Virus record (IMG/VR): IMGVR_UViG_3300042256_000025
DNA length: 64,000 bases
Direction: 5' to 3' (one strand)
Source of the DNA: a virus
Taxonomy: Duplodnaviria; Caudoviricetes
Below are positions 48,824-59,650 of the stretch, one piece after another (within the stretch, counting starts at the first letter, position 1; every line of letters begins with the position of its first letter). A program made the position numbers and the translations under genes. The notes below the pieces were generated by a model. That model searched no databases, had not been told where the DNA came from, and saw nothing but the letters and a program-made list of their open reading frames with translations.

Positions 48824-50374
48824 ATGTCAGGAAACCCCTATCTAACCCTTATACGATGTGTAACAGCACTTTACCTTGCTAACCGTACGCCCGGTAGTTG
48901 GGAGGAACTCTATAAGACGATCCAAGCTACCCTGATCCATACGGAACTGCCCACAACCCTGATTGGGGATGAAGGTGATGGGATGGTGGCGTTTAATTTA
49001 CGATCAACTGTGGAGTGGATGTTGGAGGTCAAATCCTCGATTGAGTTTGACCGTAAAGACCTGATTCAGCGTGTACGTCTTAATCTTCGTGACATTAGTT
49101 GCTACGTGCAGGAGTTGGAGAATGCAATTCCTGAGGAGATTGGTGAAGAGATTGCGCGTCGACGTATTCGTGCGATATTGTCAGAATTAAAGTACGATCT
49201 CAATCTGGTTAATATCCGTAAACTGATCTCCAAGGTAAACCATCGCATTAATTATTCGAAAGATGCGGTGGACTATGGCACCACACTACGGGAATTTCAA
49301 GACTCGCTATCTAAATACACAACGTCCACAGGGGACGGTGAGAAGACAGGATTTGTAGGGCGCCTGTCGACAGAGGACCTTGGGGATGTAGAAGATACCT
49401 TCCATAAGGCCAAGGAAGTCAACTCCACTGAAGGGGTGCTGAAGACTGGACTAGTTGGCATGAACCGTGCCTGCGGTGTCGGTGGCTTTAGGCGAGGTGA
49501 AATGATTAACTTTGGTGCACTGACGCATCACTATAAGACCGGTATGCTCAATGATGTGGCGCGCGGTGTTCCCTTACATAACGTACCGTGGATGTGGGAT
49601 GAGAAAAAGAAACCCGCTGTAGTACGTATCTCCTTTGAGAACAAACTCGAACAGGACCTGCCGATTATCTACCGTTCACTGATTGAGCAGGATACCGGTG
49701 AGCAAATCGATATTACGGAAGTCGATCCAGTCAAAGCCAGTCGATACATTAAAGACCGATTGGAGTCTAAAGGCTATACCTTTTTCATGGAGTGTTATGA
49801 CCCAAACAACTTCACGGTCTATGACCTGTTGGACGTGATCATGGGGTATGAGGCCAAGGGCTATGAAATTCATACGTTAGTAGTGGACTATCTAGAATTG
49901 ATAGCGCGTGGCAGTGCCGATCGTAAAGATGAGTTGATTAACGAAGTGTTTCAGGTGGTTCGTAACCATTGTTTCCCACGGGGCATTACGGTCGCGACTG
50001 GCCATCAGCTCTCTACAGAAGCACAGCAGATCTGGCGTGAAGGGGCATTGAACTTTACCCAACGTGTATCCAACGGTGGTTACTACCGCAACACCAAGTC
50101 ACTGGCGACGAAGTTAGACTTGGAGTTTGTAATGTGCCTGATTCGACATGGTGAGGATACCTACCTCTCGGTATCTCGAGGTAAGCACCGTGGAGGTGAA
50201 CGCACACCAGCCAAGCACCTGAACTTCGCTTATAAGTTTGAGAAGGTCGGCGGTTTGGTAGATGATGTTGACCTTGACGCACCAAAGGTTATCTACGATC
50301 TCAATGCGGTACTGAACAATAATAGCGATAGTGCTGGCTTCATGGATATGGGGAGTAACGATGATGCGTGGTGA
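48824..50374 (+). CDS. DnaB-like replicative helicase (phiKZ gp118-like)
   Basis: KTGL.GMN, GGFRRGE, variant Walker A GALTHHYKT, ISFEN, VVDYL, HQLS, RGKHRG. Confidence 0.85.
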   Translation: MSGNPYLTLIRCVTALYLANRTPGSWEELYKTIQATLIHTELPTTLIGDEGDGMVAFNLRSTVEWMLEVKSSIEFDRKDLIQRVRLNLRDISCYVQELENAIPEEIGEEIARRRIRAILSELKYDLNLVNIRKLISKVNHRINYSKDAVDYGTTLREFQDSLSKYTTSTGDGEKTGFVGRLSTEDLGDVEDTFHKAKEVNSTEGVLKTGLVGMNRACGVGGFRRGEMINFGALTHHYKTGMLNDVARGVPLHNVPWMWDEKKKPAVVRISFENKLEQDLPIIYRSLIEQDTGEQIDITEVDPVKASRYIKDRLESKGYTFFMECYDPNNFTVYDLLDVIMGYEAKGYEIHTLVVDYLELIARGSADRKDELINEVFQVVRNHCFPRGITVATGHQLSTEAQQIWREGALNFTQRVSNGGYYRNTKSLATKLDLEFVMCLIRHGEDTYLSVSRGKHRGGERTPAKHLNFAYKFEKVGGLVDDVDLDAPKVIYDLNAVLNNNSDSAGFMDMGSNDDAW

Positions 50375-50687
50375 AGTGAAAGTAAATGGACGTATTGAAC
50401 GACTACAGAACTTTGTAGTCAAGGCATTTTACCCCCGTATTAACGGCGTGCGGAAAATATCACTGGATGCGTGCTATGGCGTCGAGGTCCTCCAAAGTGA
50501 CCACGGTGAGGTAACCGTGTTACTGGTGGATGAGTTAGGTGAAGCCGGTTTATCCCGGTACATACCCCCTAGCACGGAGACGCCCAGTGACAGGACACAC
50601 TGCACTGAGGTCATCGTAGAGAATGGCTATGGGAATACGGTTCATCGCTGGGTACACGGTGGTGGTCGGGGGAAATCGACCCCCTAA
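50361..50687 (+). CDS. Hypothetical protein
   Basis: GGGAG RBS, overlaps the helicase end. Confidence 0.55.
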   Translation: MMRGEVKVNGRIERLQNFVVKAFYPRINGVRKISLDACYGVEVLQSDHGEVTVLLVDELGEAGLSRYIPPSTETPSDRTHCTEVIVENGYGNTVHRWVHGGGRGKSTP

Positions 50688-50764
50688 CGACGAGGCACCA
50701 CCGCTACAGAGATAAAAAAAAATAAGGATCACTCCTACCCCAATGGGGTAGGAGTGTATGCCTT

Positions 50765-51214
50765 TTAATGTTTCAGGTACAGGGCCTTGGCCTGCGCACC
50801 TGCATTTGTTTTCCAGGTGAACACACTAGTTAGCATCGCCATCACAAAGATGACAATCAAGGCGGTGGGGGTATCACCGCCAGCCCATACCTGGTACGCA
50901 ACGGCACCCAGTGCTATACCACAGACCATATCTGTAGTCTTAGTAACTAGGGCTACAGCACGGTCGCTACCCTTAACAAGAGCTACGAGGTTTATCTGTG
51001 TAGCCACCAGGTAAACTGCCAGGAAACCAGTGTAGGCTAAGGTGTCGCCCCCTTCAGCCCATACGGCGATGGCACCATAGAGTGCAGTAGCTCCAACTAC
51101 CATCGCCATGATGGCGTTGAACTTAAACTTACCCCACGCCATTGCGTGGGCACCGGTTACAACAACCATCACAAAGCAGACTACCAAGTTAAGAGTTGTA
51201 ATGTTCATGTTCAT
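50765..51214 (-). CDS. Multi-pass membrane protein
   Basis: About five hydrophobic segments; AAGGAGG RBS. Confidence 0.8.
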   Translation of the reverse strand: MNMNITTLNLVVCFVMVVVTGAHAMAWGKFKFNAIMAMVVGATALYGAIAVWAEGGDTLAYTGFLAVYLVATQINLVALVKGSDRAVALVTKTTDMVCGIALGAVAYQVWAGGDTPTALIVIFVMAMLTSVFTWKTNAGAQAKALYLKH

Positions 51215-51247
51215 TCCCTCCTTAGGGATAGGGTATACTGGGACGAG

Positions 51248-51820
51248 TTAGTTCTTTATGGTAACGAACTTATATCCATGGTTAACCAACAGGTCTCCCT
51301 CTAGGTTATATAGTTCCAGATTTTTCTCTAGGTAGGTACCACGGGCTTTATTCAGGAACTTGATTGCGCTGTCTATCGTGTAATCGGCGTGTTTCTCCGC
51401 AAGCTTATTCATCCAAAAGGATTGACCGCTATATGGTAGCTTCACGATAACATCCTGCCGCTCAATCCAGATCCATCCGCCAGCGTAGTAAACCTTACCG
51501 TTGGCCCCTACGACATAACGGTAGCGCTCCCCAGCATCAACCACCTCGCCAAACTCTTCAATTTGCTCTGGGCTGTCAATATATTTTGCTGAGGTTGGGC
51601 GGTTATACTTGCAAAAGTATTCAGCCACATCACGACCATCATCGCTCTTCCAACTTTCCCACCAGACCTCACGACAGGCAGGGCGGTTATCCAGTACCAT
51701 GCCAAAGGTTCTTGAATTATCAGTGGGGTAGAGCGAGTTTTTTACATACTCTACTGCATCAAATGCATTGGCTGAAACCGACAGGGTCAGGGTAGCTAAA
51801 AACAGAATAATCTTTTTCAT
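51248..51820 (-). CDS. Secreted/periplasmic protein
   Basis: Sec signal peptide MKKIILFLATLTLSVSANA. Confidence 0.8.
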   Translation of the reverse strand: MKKIILFLATLTLSVSANAFDAVEYVKNSLYPTDNSRTFGMVLDNRPACREVWWESWKSDDGRDVAEYFCKYNRPTSAKYIDSPEQIEEFGEVVDAGERYRYVVGANGKVYYAGGWIWIERQDVIVKLPYSGQSFWMNKLAEKHADYTIDSAIKFLNKARGTYLEKNLELYNLEGDLLVNHGYKFVTIKN

Positions 51821-51852
51821 GATTTACTCTCCATTAAGGTCATATCCTTACT

Positions 51853-51862
51853 GTAATATAGG
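51853..51862 (-). promoter_or_regulatory. Early promoter (CCTATATTAC)
   Basis: Core motif ~30 nt upstream of 51820. Confidence 0.65.
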
Positions 51863-51907
51863 GTTATAAAAAGACTGAATCCCTCCCCGTAATGGGGAGG
51901 GATTCAA

Positions 51908-52270
51908 TTATAGCAATACTAAGTACCCTATCAGTGTGCCGACTGACAATCCAAAGGTCAACTTATCTAGCCCATCTACATTCGCTAAGGGTTTCATGTA
52001 GAAGGTACAGATACCCTTCTCGGGATAGCCAGGTGCTACCTGACGTATGGTGATCAGGAGCAAACGCTTAGCCAAGGGATCCTTTTCTTGACAGTACGCT
52101 TTTTCTAATTGAGCCAGCCGATCAATGCGCCTATCGATAGAGCGGTACATGTCCCCTACGTCATAACCATCTCGCAATGGGTGAGGAGGTGACTTAATCC
52201 CTGCGCAACCACTCGCGAGGAATAGGCCAACGAGGGCCAGTGAAAACAGCATGCACTTTATACACCGCAT
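51908..52270 (-). CDS. Lipoprotein (paralog of 22950..23315)
   Basis: LASGC lipobox; LRDGYDVGD, YC, YPEKGIC; hydrophobic C-terminus. Confidence 0.75.
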   Translation of the reverse strand: MRCIKCMLFSLALVGLFLASGCAGIKSPPHPLRDGYDVGDMYRSIDRRIDRLAQLEKAYCQEKDPLAKRLLLITIRQVAPGYPEKGICTFYMKPLANVDGLDKLTFGLSVGTLIGYLVLL

Positions 52271-52271
52271 C

Positions 52272-53648
52272 TTACTCTCCCTCGGACAAGTCCCTTCGTA
52301 TTAGGTTAATGATGAGTCGGGTGCGGGATATAAAGTTAACATCCGTAAGTGCACCTGTCTTAGTTGCCGTAATCGACTCAGCCCCTATTAATGTCCCTAT
52401 CAGTGACTCGATGCGTTCTTCCCCCTTAAATAGGAACTTAACCTGCATGCCTGGATACAAAAGTTCAGGGGCAGATCGATCCCACTCCACAACCACGGGT
52501 GTACCCATAGACTCAGATAAGGGTGTGGTGTGTTTGAAGGGGTTATCCGTGAAATGCACCGGGGTATGGCGGACGTTCACTTTCTTATCCGGACGCTCCT
52601 CTAGAATAAAGCCGGCTACCTTCTCAGCCTTATTAAAAGTGGTTTTGTTTTGGGACGTTACGACAAACTTATCGAGTAGATCTGACGCCCGCGACATCCG
52701 TAGCCCTGTACCCTTGTTTAGCTGAACGTGTTCCGTGCGGTCAAAGAACGCGGTGTCTCCCGTTGAGAAGACGTAGAGTTGTCCCGACCGATGGAGGAAG
52801 GTACGTTCCATGACGGGAATCTCGGTAACCGGCACATTCAGTATCGTTAGGGTTTTCTCCCGTTGGGTAAAGAGGGTGTAGTTTAGCAAGGGATAGAAGA
52901 AACACCATCCCCGCACAATGTGCCACCCCAACCCTGAGGCATAGACCCCATAGTCCTCCTGCAACTGTTTAGGAAGCTCATAGAGGCGAGTGCCATTGGG
53001 TATCACGATATGGTCGTAAACCCTAGCATTGTCCGGTGGCATGATGTCCACCCCCCGGATACCGGTGTATTTCTCATCCTTGAGTGTCTCGGGGTTCTCA
53101 TCGGGACCCAGCTTATAACTCAACAATGTACGCAGAAGCTTCTCAATAGTGACATTACGAAAGATTCCACCGACTTCTTCTAACCTAAGATCAGCAACCA
53201 CAGGCTCGATAAGCTGAAAGGTAATCTCAACTTGGTTAGAGGCCTGTACAACGGTACCCTTCTTATCCTCATCGTTACCCAGTGTCGCCATGATAGCCGG
53301 GTCCACAGGGTCTGTCAGGTAGGCATTGAATAGCTGCACGTAGCGTTTGACTTCTGTGTTCACAATCCCATCGGGGGACTGCTGGGCTTTGGTGAGTTCA
53401 AACTGGACATCGTTCTTGTATTTAACAATATGGCGATACACGACGGGGTCCACCTTAATTGTAAGGTAGGTGTCACCGTAGTAGCGCTCCCCGTATAAAT
53501 GCTTAGTCGCATGCTTAACGATGTTAGTGTACTTGGTACGCTGCCCTTTCACCAGCAGTGTACCTCCCAGTCGCCAATGTACCACACGGCCAGGAGTCTG
53601 CATGAGTGTGAGCAGTTCTTTATAGGTAGTAGACTCCCGTACCGACAT
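52272..53648 (-). CDS. Virion structural protein (phiKZ gp101-like, possible baseplate hub)
   Basis: GVDI.PPDN...Y.HIVIP.GT, GVY..G.G, YPL, P.LLYPGM.VK; synteny. Confidence 0.65.
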   Translation of the reverse strand: MSVRESTTYKELLTLMQTPGRVVHWRLGGTLLVKGQRTKYTNIVKHATKHLYGERYYGDTYLTIKVDPVVYRHIVKYKNDVQFELTKAQQSPDGIVNTEVKRYVQLFNAYLTDPVDPAIMATLGNDEDKKGTVVQASNQVEITFQLIEPVVADLRLEEVGGIFRNVTIEKLLRTLLSYKLGPDENPETLKDEKYTGIRGVDIMPPDNARVYDHIVIPNGTRLYELPKQLQEDYGVYASGLGWHIVRGWCFFYPLLNYTLFTQREKTLTILNVPVTEIPVMERTFLHRSGQLYVFSTGDTAFFDRTEHVQLNKGTGLRMSRASDLLDKFVVTSQNKTTFNKAEKVAGFILEERPDKKVNVRHTPVHFTDNPFKHTTPLSESMGTPVVVEWDRSAPELLYPGMQVKFLFKGEERIESLIGTLIGAESITATKTGALTDVNFISRTRLIINLIRRDLSEGE

Positions 53649-53659
53649 TACTTTACTCC

Positions 53660-54343
53660 TTAAAAGCTAAAGGGGTCTTTTGCAGACGCCTTATGTTGTT
53701 TATAGTTGGTGTTGGAGATCGCAGGTGCTTCACCTCTACTAACCTTAACTGGCTCAGGGGGTGTTTGACGTGAAAGGCGACCTTCGACCTTGCCTACAGT
53801 AAAGAGGCGTTCAATTTCATCCCAGGCACCGGTGCCCATACCGTGGTTACGAATAACGGTGACCATCGGCTGCAGTACGGTATCTAAGCGACTGAGTTTT
53901 TCGAGGTCCTCTTTCGGCGGCATGGGGTAATGTACCTCATACCGCTGCGCCTGTTGTAATCCCACCATATACTCATTGATTAGATCACTGATTTCGGTAC
54001 AGTCCGGTGGATTTAGAAACGTAAAACTACCATCAACCGCTAAAACCTCAGCCATCTGATTGACTGTTAGACCCATCTCGACCGGCGTCTGGGCCAGACG
54101 ATCGTCATCTTCCTGATTACCACTATACCGCGTGTGTGCAAACATAGCGTCTAAGACGTGACGTTCGTTCGAGTAGTCTACCGTCATGACGCAGCCGGAT
54201 GCCCCGTAACGGCCATCGAAAACCTCACGGTCCCGAGGCTTAGGGGGCGGGAAGGCCACGTCTAGATATACAGGTGCACATTGGCACATAAAGTTTTTAT
54301 CAAACAACATGTTTACCAGATATGCGCGGCGTGCACTATCCAT
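53660..54343 (-). CDS. Conserved protein (phiKZ gp100-like)
   Basis: 227-aa ORF within the virion operon. Confidence 0.6.
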   Translation of the reverse strand: MDSARRAYLVNMLFDKNFMCQCAPVYLDVAFPPPKPRDREVFDGRYGASGCVMTVDYSNERHVLDAMFAHTRYSGNQEDDDRLAQTPVEMGLTVNQMAEVLAVDGSFTFLNPPDCTEISDLINEYMVGLQQAQRYEVHYPMPPKEDLEKLSRLDTVLQPMVTVIRNHGMGTGAWDEIERLFTVGKVEGRLSRQTPPEPVKVSRGEAPAISNTNYKQHKASAKDPFSF

Positions 54344-54344
54344 A

Positions 54345-55556
54345 TTAGACTCCTACAATTTTAAAGCGCAGTAACGCCAATGCCAATACCGCTTCACGTA
54401 GCCCCGACATACCTTCGGATGACAGGGCGGTCTCTACAAGCATAGCCAGGCGCTGATTTGAAATCGTACCGGTCTCTACGTACTCCGCAACACCCATCTC
54501 AATCTCAGACTTATCCCCATCCACATCATAGAGGGCGTGGGTGAAAAGATAAGGTTCTGTATCAGGATGTACCGTGGAGTCTGTCCAGTCATTTGGCATA
54601 GTAACGTAATCAATATCGACGTTCAATATTGAACGATACATGCTATAGCCAGAGAAGGTTCCTGTCCCACGATTGACGTAGGTTCTCGGCATCTGCTCTA
54701 AGATATAGGTGTCTCGCTTGAGGATCGCAGTCCACAGGGTCGGACGGTCCATGTACTCCATGGTTTCGTCGATGCTGTACTCCTCTGCGATAGGGTAGTG
54801 ACCTCTAAGGGTATGGGGGATCACCGCATTAAAGAAGTTTACTAGCCATGGGTCATAATACGTTTCGCCCAGGTGTTCAACCACAAAGGTTTTCAATCGA
54901 GGACTGAAATAGTGATTATAGAGTCGATCCATGATCCGACGGGCATCTTTCAAGAAGTTCCGTTCGGAGTTCGCGACACTGTATTCAATCAGCGGACTGT
55001 AACCGGCCTTCAGACGACGGGCATCGAAATACCGATACTGTACAACCTTAGACTCTAGGTTCGCCAGCAGTGGTGCCGATTCTTCCGAAAACAGTCGGTA
55101 CTCAACCTGATATACCGTGCGCTTGTAGTACCCTAAGGCCTGTACACTGGTAAGGGTGAATATACCCCGCCGCCCAGCTTCAATAAAGCCAACAAACATA
55201 TCACCGATATGCGGGGCAACGGTATCCGGATAGATCAAACCGCTACCGGTTAACTCCGATAATTGAGTGGTGGTGTCTTGACTGTACGAAAGCTCATCTG
55301 TAACACTGAGTCTGAAGTCTGTTACGCGCAAATATTGCTGTAAGGTCGCAGACAAGTTCGCATCCAGTGACTGGGGACTCTCCCCCGACACCAGCATCTG
55401 GTGGTAGTATTGTACCACCCAAGGCTCACCCTCGATTTCAGTAATCAGAGGGGTCTTGTATTCACGCGTCTCATAGACCTGACTGACGCTGATCTCCGGC
55501 TCTATCTTAGTCGTCGGTGGCGGTGTGGTCGGCCGAGCGGGATTAAAAATAGGCAT
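54345..55556 (-). CDS. Virion structural protein (phiKZ gp99-like)
   Basis: IEG.PW.V.YY.Q, QQY, P..GDMF, L..KV, YDP...F. Confidence 0.65.
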   Translation of the reverse strand: MPIFNPARPTTPPPTTKIEPEISVSQVYETREYKTPLITEIEGEPWVVQYYHQMLVSGESPQSLDANLSATLQQYLRVTDFRLSVTDELSYSQDTTTQLSELTGSGLIYPDTVAPHIGDMFVGFIEAGRRGIFTLTSVQALGYYKRTVYQVEYRLFSEESAPLLANLESKVVQYRYFDARRLKAGYSPLIEYSVANSERNFLKDARRIMDRLYNHYFSPRLKTFVVEHLGETYYDPWLVNFFNAVIPHTLRGHYPIAEEYSIDETMEYMDRPTLWTAILKRDTYILEQMPRTYVNRGTGTFSGYSMYRSILNVDIDYVTMPNDWTDSTVHPDTEPYLFTHALYDVDGDKSEIEMGVAEYVETGTISNQRLAMLVETALSSEGMSGLREAVLALALLRFKIVGV

Positions 55557-57091
55557 TAGCTCTTACCTCGATGTGTGCTGGTAACCCCATGCTGTATATA
55601 ACGCGGGCCAGTTTCAACTAGACGGGCATACGGTCGGTTAGTGGAGGCGATTTTCTTAATGCTTCGTCTAAATGTATAGTCCAGGATATATTTACCCGCA
55701 ACCGTTTGGAGCCACTCTTTGTCCTCATCCAATGTCACTCTGGAGTCCAGTAATTTAAATACACAGAGCGTACGCTCAGGATTATTGAGCATTTCAAGTA
55801 CATGGTTCGTTGCGATGCGTGCCAAGTCTACCATTTTAGCGACACGTAAGTAATGGCGATGGCGCGGATTCATTGGTAGCTTCGAACGGATAGTACCATC
55901 AGGCTCAATATAGATCGTGAGTTGCTCTTCGCTACGGTGCACCCGATAGACTTGGATCAGGTAAGGTGTCTCATAGGGCTCAGTAACTAGCTCAGGGTAG
56001 GCGAGGAGGTACGCCTTTATGCATGGATGCACCATGTCGTCGGTAAAGTCGTGTAACGAGGCAATCAATGTAGGATCAGTCTCATCGACCAAGATAGGGG
56101 TTAGTACCTCGGTAACGGTCGCCTGTTGTGGGTTACGGGGGAACCAATCATCAATGGGGTCTAAGCGACTGCCGCCATCTGCACGGTAGTACCGGCTGAT
56201 TGCACCGCTGTCTGGACCGCGCATGTAACTGCGGGAGGACTCGCCGTCTGCATCCACGCGTACGATGGGCTGCCAGGCATCTATGTACGTTTGTGGAATG
56301 CGCTGATTGTGGATAAAGAGTGGATACGTTAAAACCACGGCTAAGGGTTGCTGGTACTCGAAGTTGTACTCCAAGGAGAGACGATGTCGGCCGCCGTCTT
56401 GCTCGATCTCGTTATAAAAGACCTCTTCGTTGAATCGCCCTATGATGTTATCCTGAGATTCATTGATGGCCAGTGTACTGGCAGTGCCTGATAGGTTAGA
56501 GCGCTTAACCAGACCACCGTGGATAAAGGCCCGTGCAAAATAGTCTGCCAAATTTTCCCCGTATCCTTGATAGGCTTCTCGAAGTGACCAGGCGTCATAT
56601 AGGAATGCCAAAAAGGGATCTGGAATTTCGTACTGGTATTTTAGGTCATGTACCTGCACATGGTGCATAAGGCCGCCCCGTATACGCAGTTTACGCTGAA
56701 GGGCCTGTATAACGGACTTATCTCTGAAGTTAACCTCTACGGCAATCTCCATCCGCACCCACCCATAGGTCGGACGCATCTCAATCCCCAGATCCGGATC
56801 GAAGAATAAGGATGGAAATTCTGGCCGATATACGGCGGACTGAAGAATACCGTTTTCGGTAAAGGCTTCGCTGTACCGCAATAATAGGTAGTTATCCGTC
56901 GAGAGGGGCTTGGTAACACGGTCGTCTAGTACCCCCTCAGGATTGGCAACCTGTCCAATGCGTTCCTCAACCAATACCTGTGTATCGGCAGGTAGGCCAA
57001 AACGCTGTATAAAGTCAGCACCCATCTGACGGACAATGGTACGGGTAACCGTTGCATCGTGCTGTGGAATTGAGAGGGCAATCGTGGGCAT
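55556..57091 (-). CDS. Virion structural protein (phiKZ gp98-like)
   Basis: MP.I, F.DP.LG...P.Y, YEIP, E.Q..I.G.F, YP...HNQ; synteny. Confidence 0.65.
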   Translation of the reverse strand: MPTIALSIPQHDATVTRTIVRQMGADFIQRFGLPADTQVLVEERIGQVANPEGVLDDRVTKPLSTDNYLLLRYSEAFTENGILQSAVYRPEFPSLFFDPDLGIEMRPTYGWVRMEIAVEVNFRDKSVIQALQRKLRIRGGLMHHVQVHDLKYQYEIPDPFLAFLYDAWSLREAYQGYGENLADYFARAFIHGGLVKRSNLSGTASTLAINESQDNIIGRFNEEVFYNEIEQDGGRHRLSLEYNFEYQQPLAVVLTYPLFIHNQRIPQTYIDAWQPIVRVDADGESSRSYMRGPDSGAISRYYRADGGSRLDPIDDWFPRNPQQATVTEVLTPILVDETDPTLIASLHDFTDDMVHPCIKAYLLAYPELVTEPYETPYLIQVYRVHRSEEQLTIYIEPDGTIRSKLPMNPRHRHYLRVAKMVDLARIATNHVLEMLNNPERTLCVFKLLDSRVTLDEDKEWLQTVAGKYILDYTFRRSIKKIASTNRPYARLVETGPRYIQHGVTSTHRGKS

Positions 57092-57100
57092 AACGGTGTC

Positions 57101-58210
57101 CTATTTTAAGTTTTCACGCAGGGCCTTTACAATGTTAACCCCTTCATTAATCTCACGTAACTGGGCTTCGGTTAATACACGAGAGGGGCCACCGAGTTGG
57201 GCCATAATAGCATTAAGGCGATTCAGTTCAATCAAAAGGGCATTGGCGACCTCATCGGTTAATTCGCCTTTACTAACTGCCCCTTTAATACGCTGCACTA
57301 AGTTATTGATCAACTTGCGGTAATCGTTAAGGTCTTTACCGACTTTACGCTTGCGCACCACATCAATTGACTTAAGTAGCTTTTCGTACTGCGATACAAC
57401 GTCTTTAAGGTCACGAGGCTGAGCTGCTTTATAGCGAGTGGGACGTTTGGCTACCTTATCATCGGGTAAAGGCGCCTTGTACAGGCGATGACTCACCACC
57501 GTACCGTCTTTATCGGTATCGGTCTGACTGTATAGTCCATCCTTACCCAGCTCCATCAGCAGCCGTATAGTACGCTGTCCACCGGTATCCAGACGGGTAA
57601 TTGAGATAACGGGGGCTTTCTTAACCAGGGCACTGTCAGCCCCTTTAAGGGCGTAACTACGGCGTGCCTCTTGCAGCTTCTTAATCGCCTCTTCTGACAT
57701 CCCTTCCAGATCCCGATCTAACTCCTGTACAATCGCCTTCGCTTCATCTACGTGATCTTCAACCGTACGGTCTGCCTTTTCCATCGCGTTACTGTACTGC
57801 TCCAGTAACTCAACCCGATCCTCAAGGTCCCGTACGTCTCCCACCACCGACTCATCGTCACCGGGTACAGTTACTTCAGACTGTTCAGGACGACCGTGGG
57901 TCGAATCGGTGGCTTTCTTTTCACGACGCACCTTTGACCAAATGCGGTCTACTAAGGCGATAATCTTTTCCCATAGCTTAATAAAAAGCTCTACGAGTTT
58001 CTCTAACCCATTATAAATAAAATCAATGATGCGACTGAGGGTGCCAGAGATACCTTCCTGACTAACACCGACGTCTGTGAAGCTTGCGGCTAGGAAGGGT
58101 GCGGCTGCCTCATCCTCACAATAGGGCAGTAACACATCCAGACGCTCGGTTAGGTAGAAAAGCTCACGCTCACGGCGATCAGCCTCTAATGATTCGGTTA
58201 CCATGTCCAT
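57101..58210 (-). CDS. Internal head protein
   Basis: SLE/SQE sites followed by an amphipathic helix, as in the gp93-family paralogs. Confidence 0.65.
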   Translation of the reverse strand: MDMVTESLEADRRERELFYLTERLDVLLPYCEDEAAAPFLAASFTDVGVSQEGISGTLSRIIDFIYNGLEKLVELFIKLWEKIIALVDRIWSKVRREKKATDSTHGRPEQSEVTVPGDDESVVGDVRDLEDRVELLEQYSNAMEKADRTVEDHVDEAKAIVQELDRDLEGMSEEAIKKLQEARRSYALKGADSALVKKAPVISITRLDTGGQRTIRLLMELGKDGLYSQTDTDKDGTVVSHRLYKAPLPDDKVAKRPTRYKAAQPRDLKDVVSQYEKLLKSIDVVRKRKVGKDLNDYRKLINNLVQRIKGAVSKGELTDEVANALLIELNRLNAIMAQLGGPSRVLTEAQLREINEGVNIVKALRENLK

Positions 58211-58268
58211 AGGACACTTCCTCTAATAGTCAACTGTATACGATTTGCCCTGACGGTATAGCATAATC

Positions 58269-58292
58269 CCCACAGCCCCGAAGGGCTGTGGG
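58269..58292 (-). terminator. Stem-loop with TTCG loop
   Basis: cccacagccc-ttcg-gggctgtggg on the minus strand. Confidence 0.65.
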
Positions 58293-58345
58293 AACTATTA
58301 GTCTAAACTAAGAGCAACGGTTACTTATTCACCGTCTTTCTTGTC

Positions 58346-59650
58346 TTATTTCTTTTCTTTCAGGTTCTTCATGGACTTGACGGCGTAAGACATCGCTGCC
58401 TGCGCAACCAGAGACGCATGTTTAACCAGATCACGGTCGAAGACACGTTGGTTCTTTTCGATTGCCGCCAGGCCTTTCATTGCGGCCTTCATGACTTTCT
58501 TCTTCTCGCCTTCCAGGTCATCCTTCGCCAGCTTCAGCAAGGCCTTACCGGCCTTCTCAACGTTGGTGTTAATCTTGTCAGCACGACGAGCGCTATCCTT
58601 CACGGCCAGAATTGCCGCTGTCAGGTTCTTGGCACCTTCGGCTACCTTAGCGATTTCAGATGCAGTCAGGGCATCAACGGCGATCTTGTTCTTGGCCGGT
58701 TCAGACGGGTTGAAGAATTCCAGAACCGGTACAGACATACCGCCCTGAGCTTTCAGGACAGCCAGGCCATCACCGATAGCGGTTTCGACACCGGATACGG
58801 CACCTTCGACTTTACCCAGACGACCATCGCTGATGCCAGTCTTCATTTCGAAAGCAGAAGTGATAGCAGATTCATAGTCAGAGATCGCTTTGGTGACGGC
58901 TGCTTCAACGTCAGCCGCAGACATCTTCTCGACGCCTTCAGCCGCTGTAGTCAGAGCGTCAACGGCTGCGCCAGCAGCTTTGATGGCATTCTGAGAGAAA
59001 GCCAGTTTCTTCACCTGACCTGCCATGGCATTCATGTCGCTGGCGATGTTGGAGGCAACCTTGCCACCGGACATCAGGTACTGAACCTTAGCCGGTTCAA
59101 CAGTTTTCTCTTCAGGCTGACCTTTGGCTTCACGGGCTTTCTTAGCCAGGGCTTCGGCGCCCTTGTTCATGCGGCCAATTGCTGAGAAGTTCTGCTCCAT
59201 CCACTTAGCAGTAGCGGCGTAGGCGGTCTTGATCATGTTCATCAGACCCTGCCAGAGGTCTTTCAGCTTATCAGTGATCTTTTCCATGGCATAGCCAGTA
59301 GCCACGGCACGTCCACCATCCACTTCGAAATCTTCCATGGACGGCATAGCGTTGTCGCCCATTCCACCAAACGGCGCCATAACGGAGCTGGTAGCGATGG
59401 CGAGCAGTTCAGCTGACTTGGCGTCCAGACCACCTTCAGCCTGAGAAGCGGCTACAACGTCAGCCAGGGCTTCCAGGCCAACATACGCAGACTCACCGAT
59501 TTCCAGTGCGGATTCCATGGAAACCATTTCGGCTTCAGCTTCGCAGGCCAGTGACATGGAGTCTTCGATGTCTTCCATGGAGATAGCCAGCAGGTCTTCG
59601 TTTACGGTTTCAGCCTGCAGAGATGCGGCCAGAATTGCAGAAATACTCAT
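58346..59650 (-). CDS. Abundant internal head protein (phiKZ gp93-like)
   Basis: Multiple SME/ALE/AME sites in an acidic propeptide; strong codon bias. Confidence 0.75.
   Translation of the reverse strand: MSISAILAASLQAETVNEDLLAISMEDIEDSMSLACEAEAEMVSMESALEIGESAYVGLEALADVVAASQAEGGLDAKSAELLAIATSSVMAPFGGMGDNAMPSMEDFEVDGGRAVATGYAMEKITDKLKDLWQGLMNMIKTAYAATAKWMEQNFSAIGRMNKGAEALAKKAREAKGQPEEKTVEPAKVQYLMSGGKVASNIASDMNAMAGQVKKLAFSQNAIKAAGAAVDALTTAAEGVEKMSAADVEAAVTKAISDYESAITSAFEMKTGISDGRLGKVEGAVSGVETAIGDGLAVLKAQGGMSVPVLEFFNPSEPAKNKIAVDALTASEIAKVAEGAKNLTAAILAVKDSARRADKINTNVEKAGKALLKLAKDDLEGEKKKVMKAAMKGLAAIEKNQRVFDRDLVKHASLVAQAAMSYAVKSMKNLKEKK

Noticed and set aside
48824-50374. Degenerate Walker A (GALTHHYKT) as a sign of an inactive helicase
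   Set aside because: Similar variant motifs are, as I recall, normal in phiKZ-family DnaB-like helicases.
58418-59185. 255-aa antisense ORF over the internal head protein
   Set aside because: Same codon-bias shadow effect.
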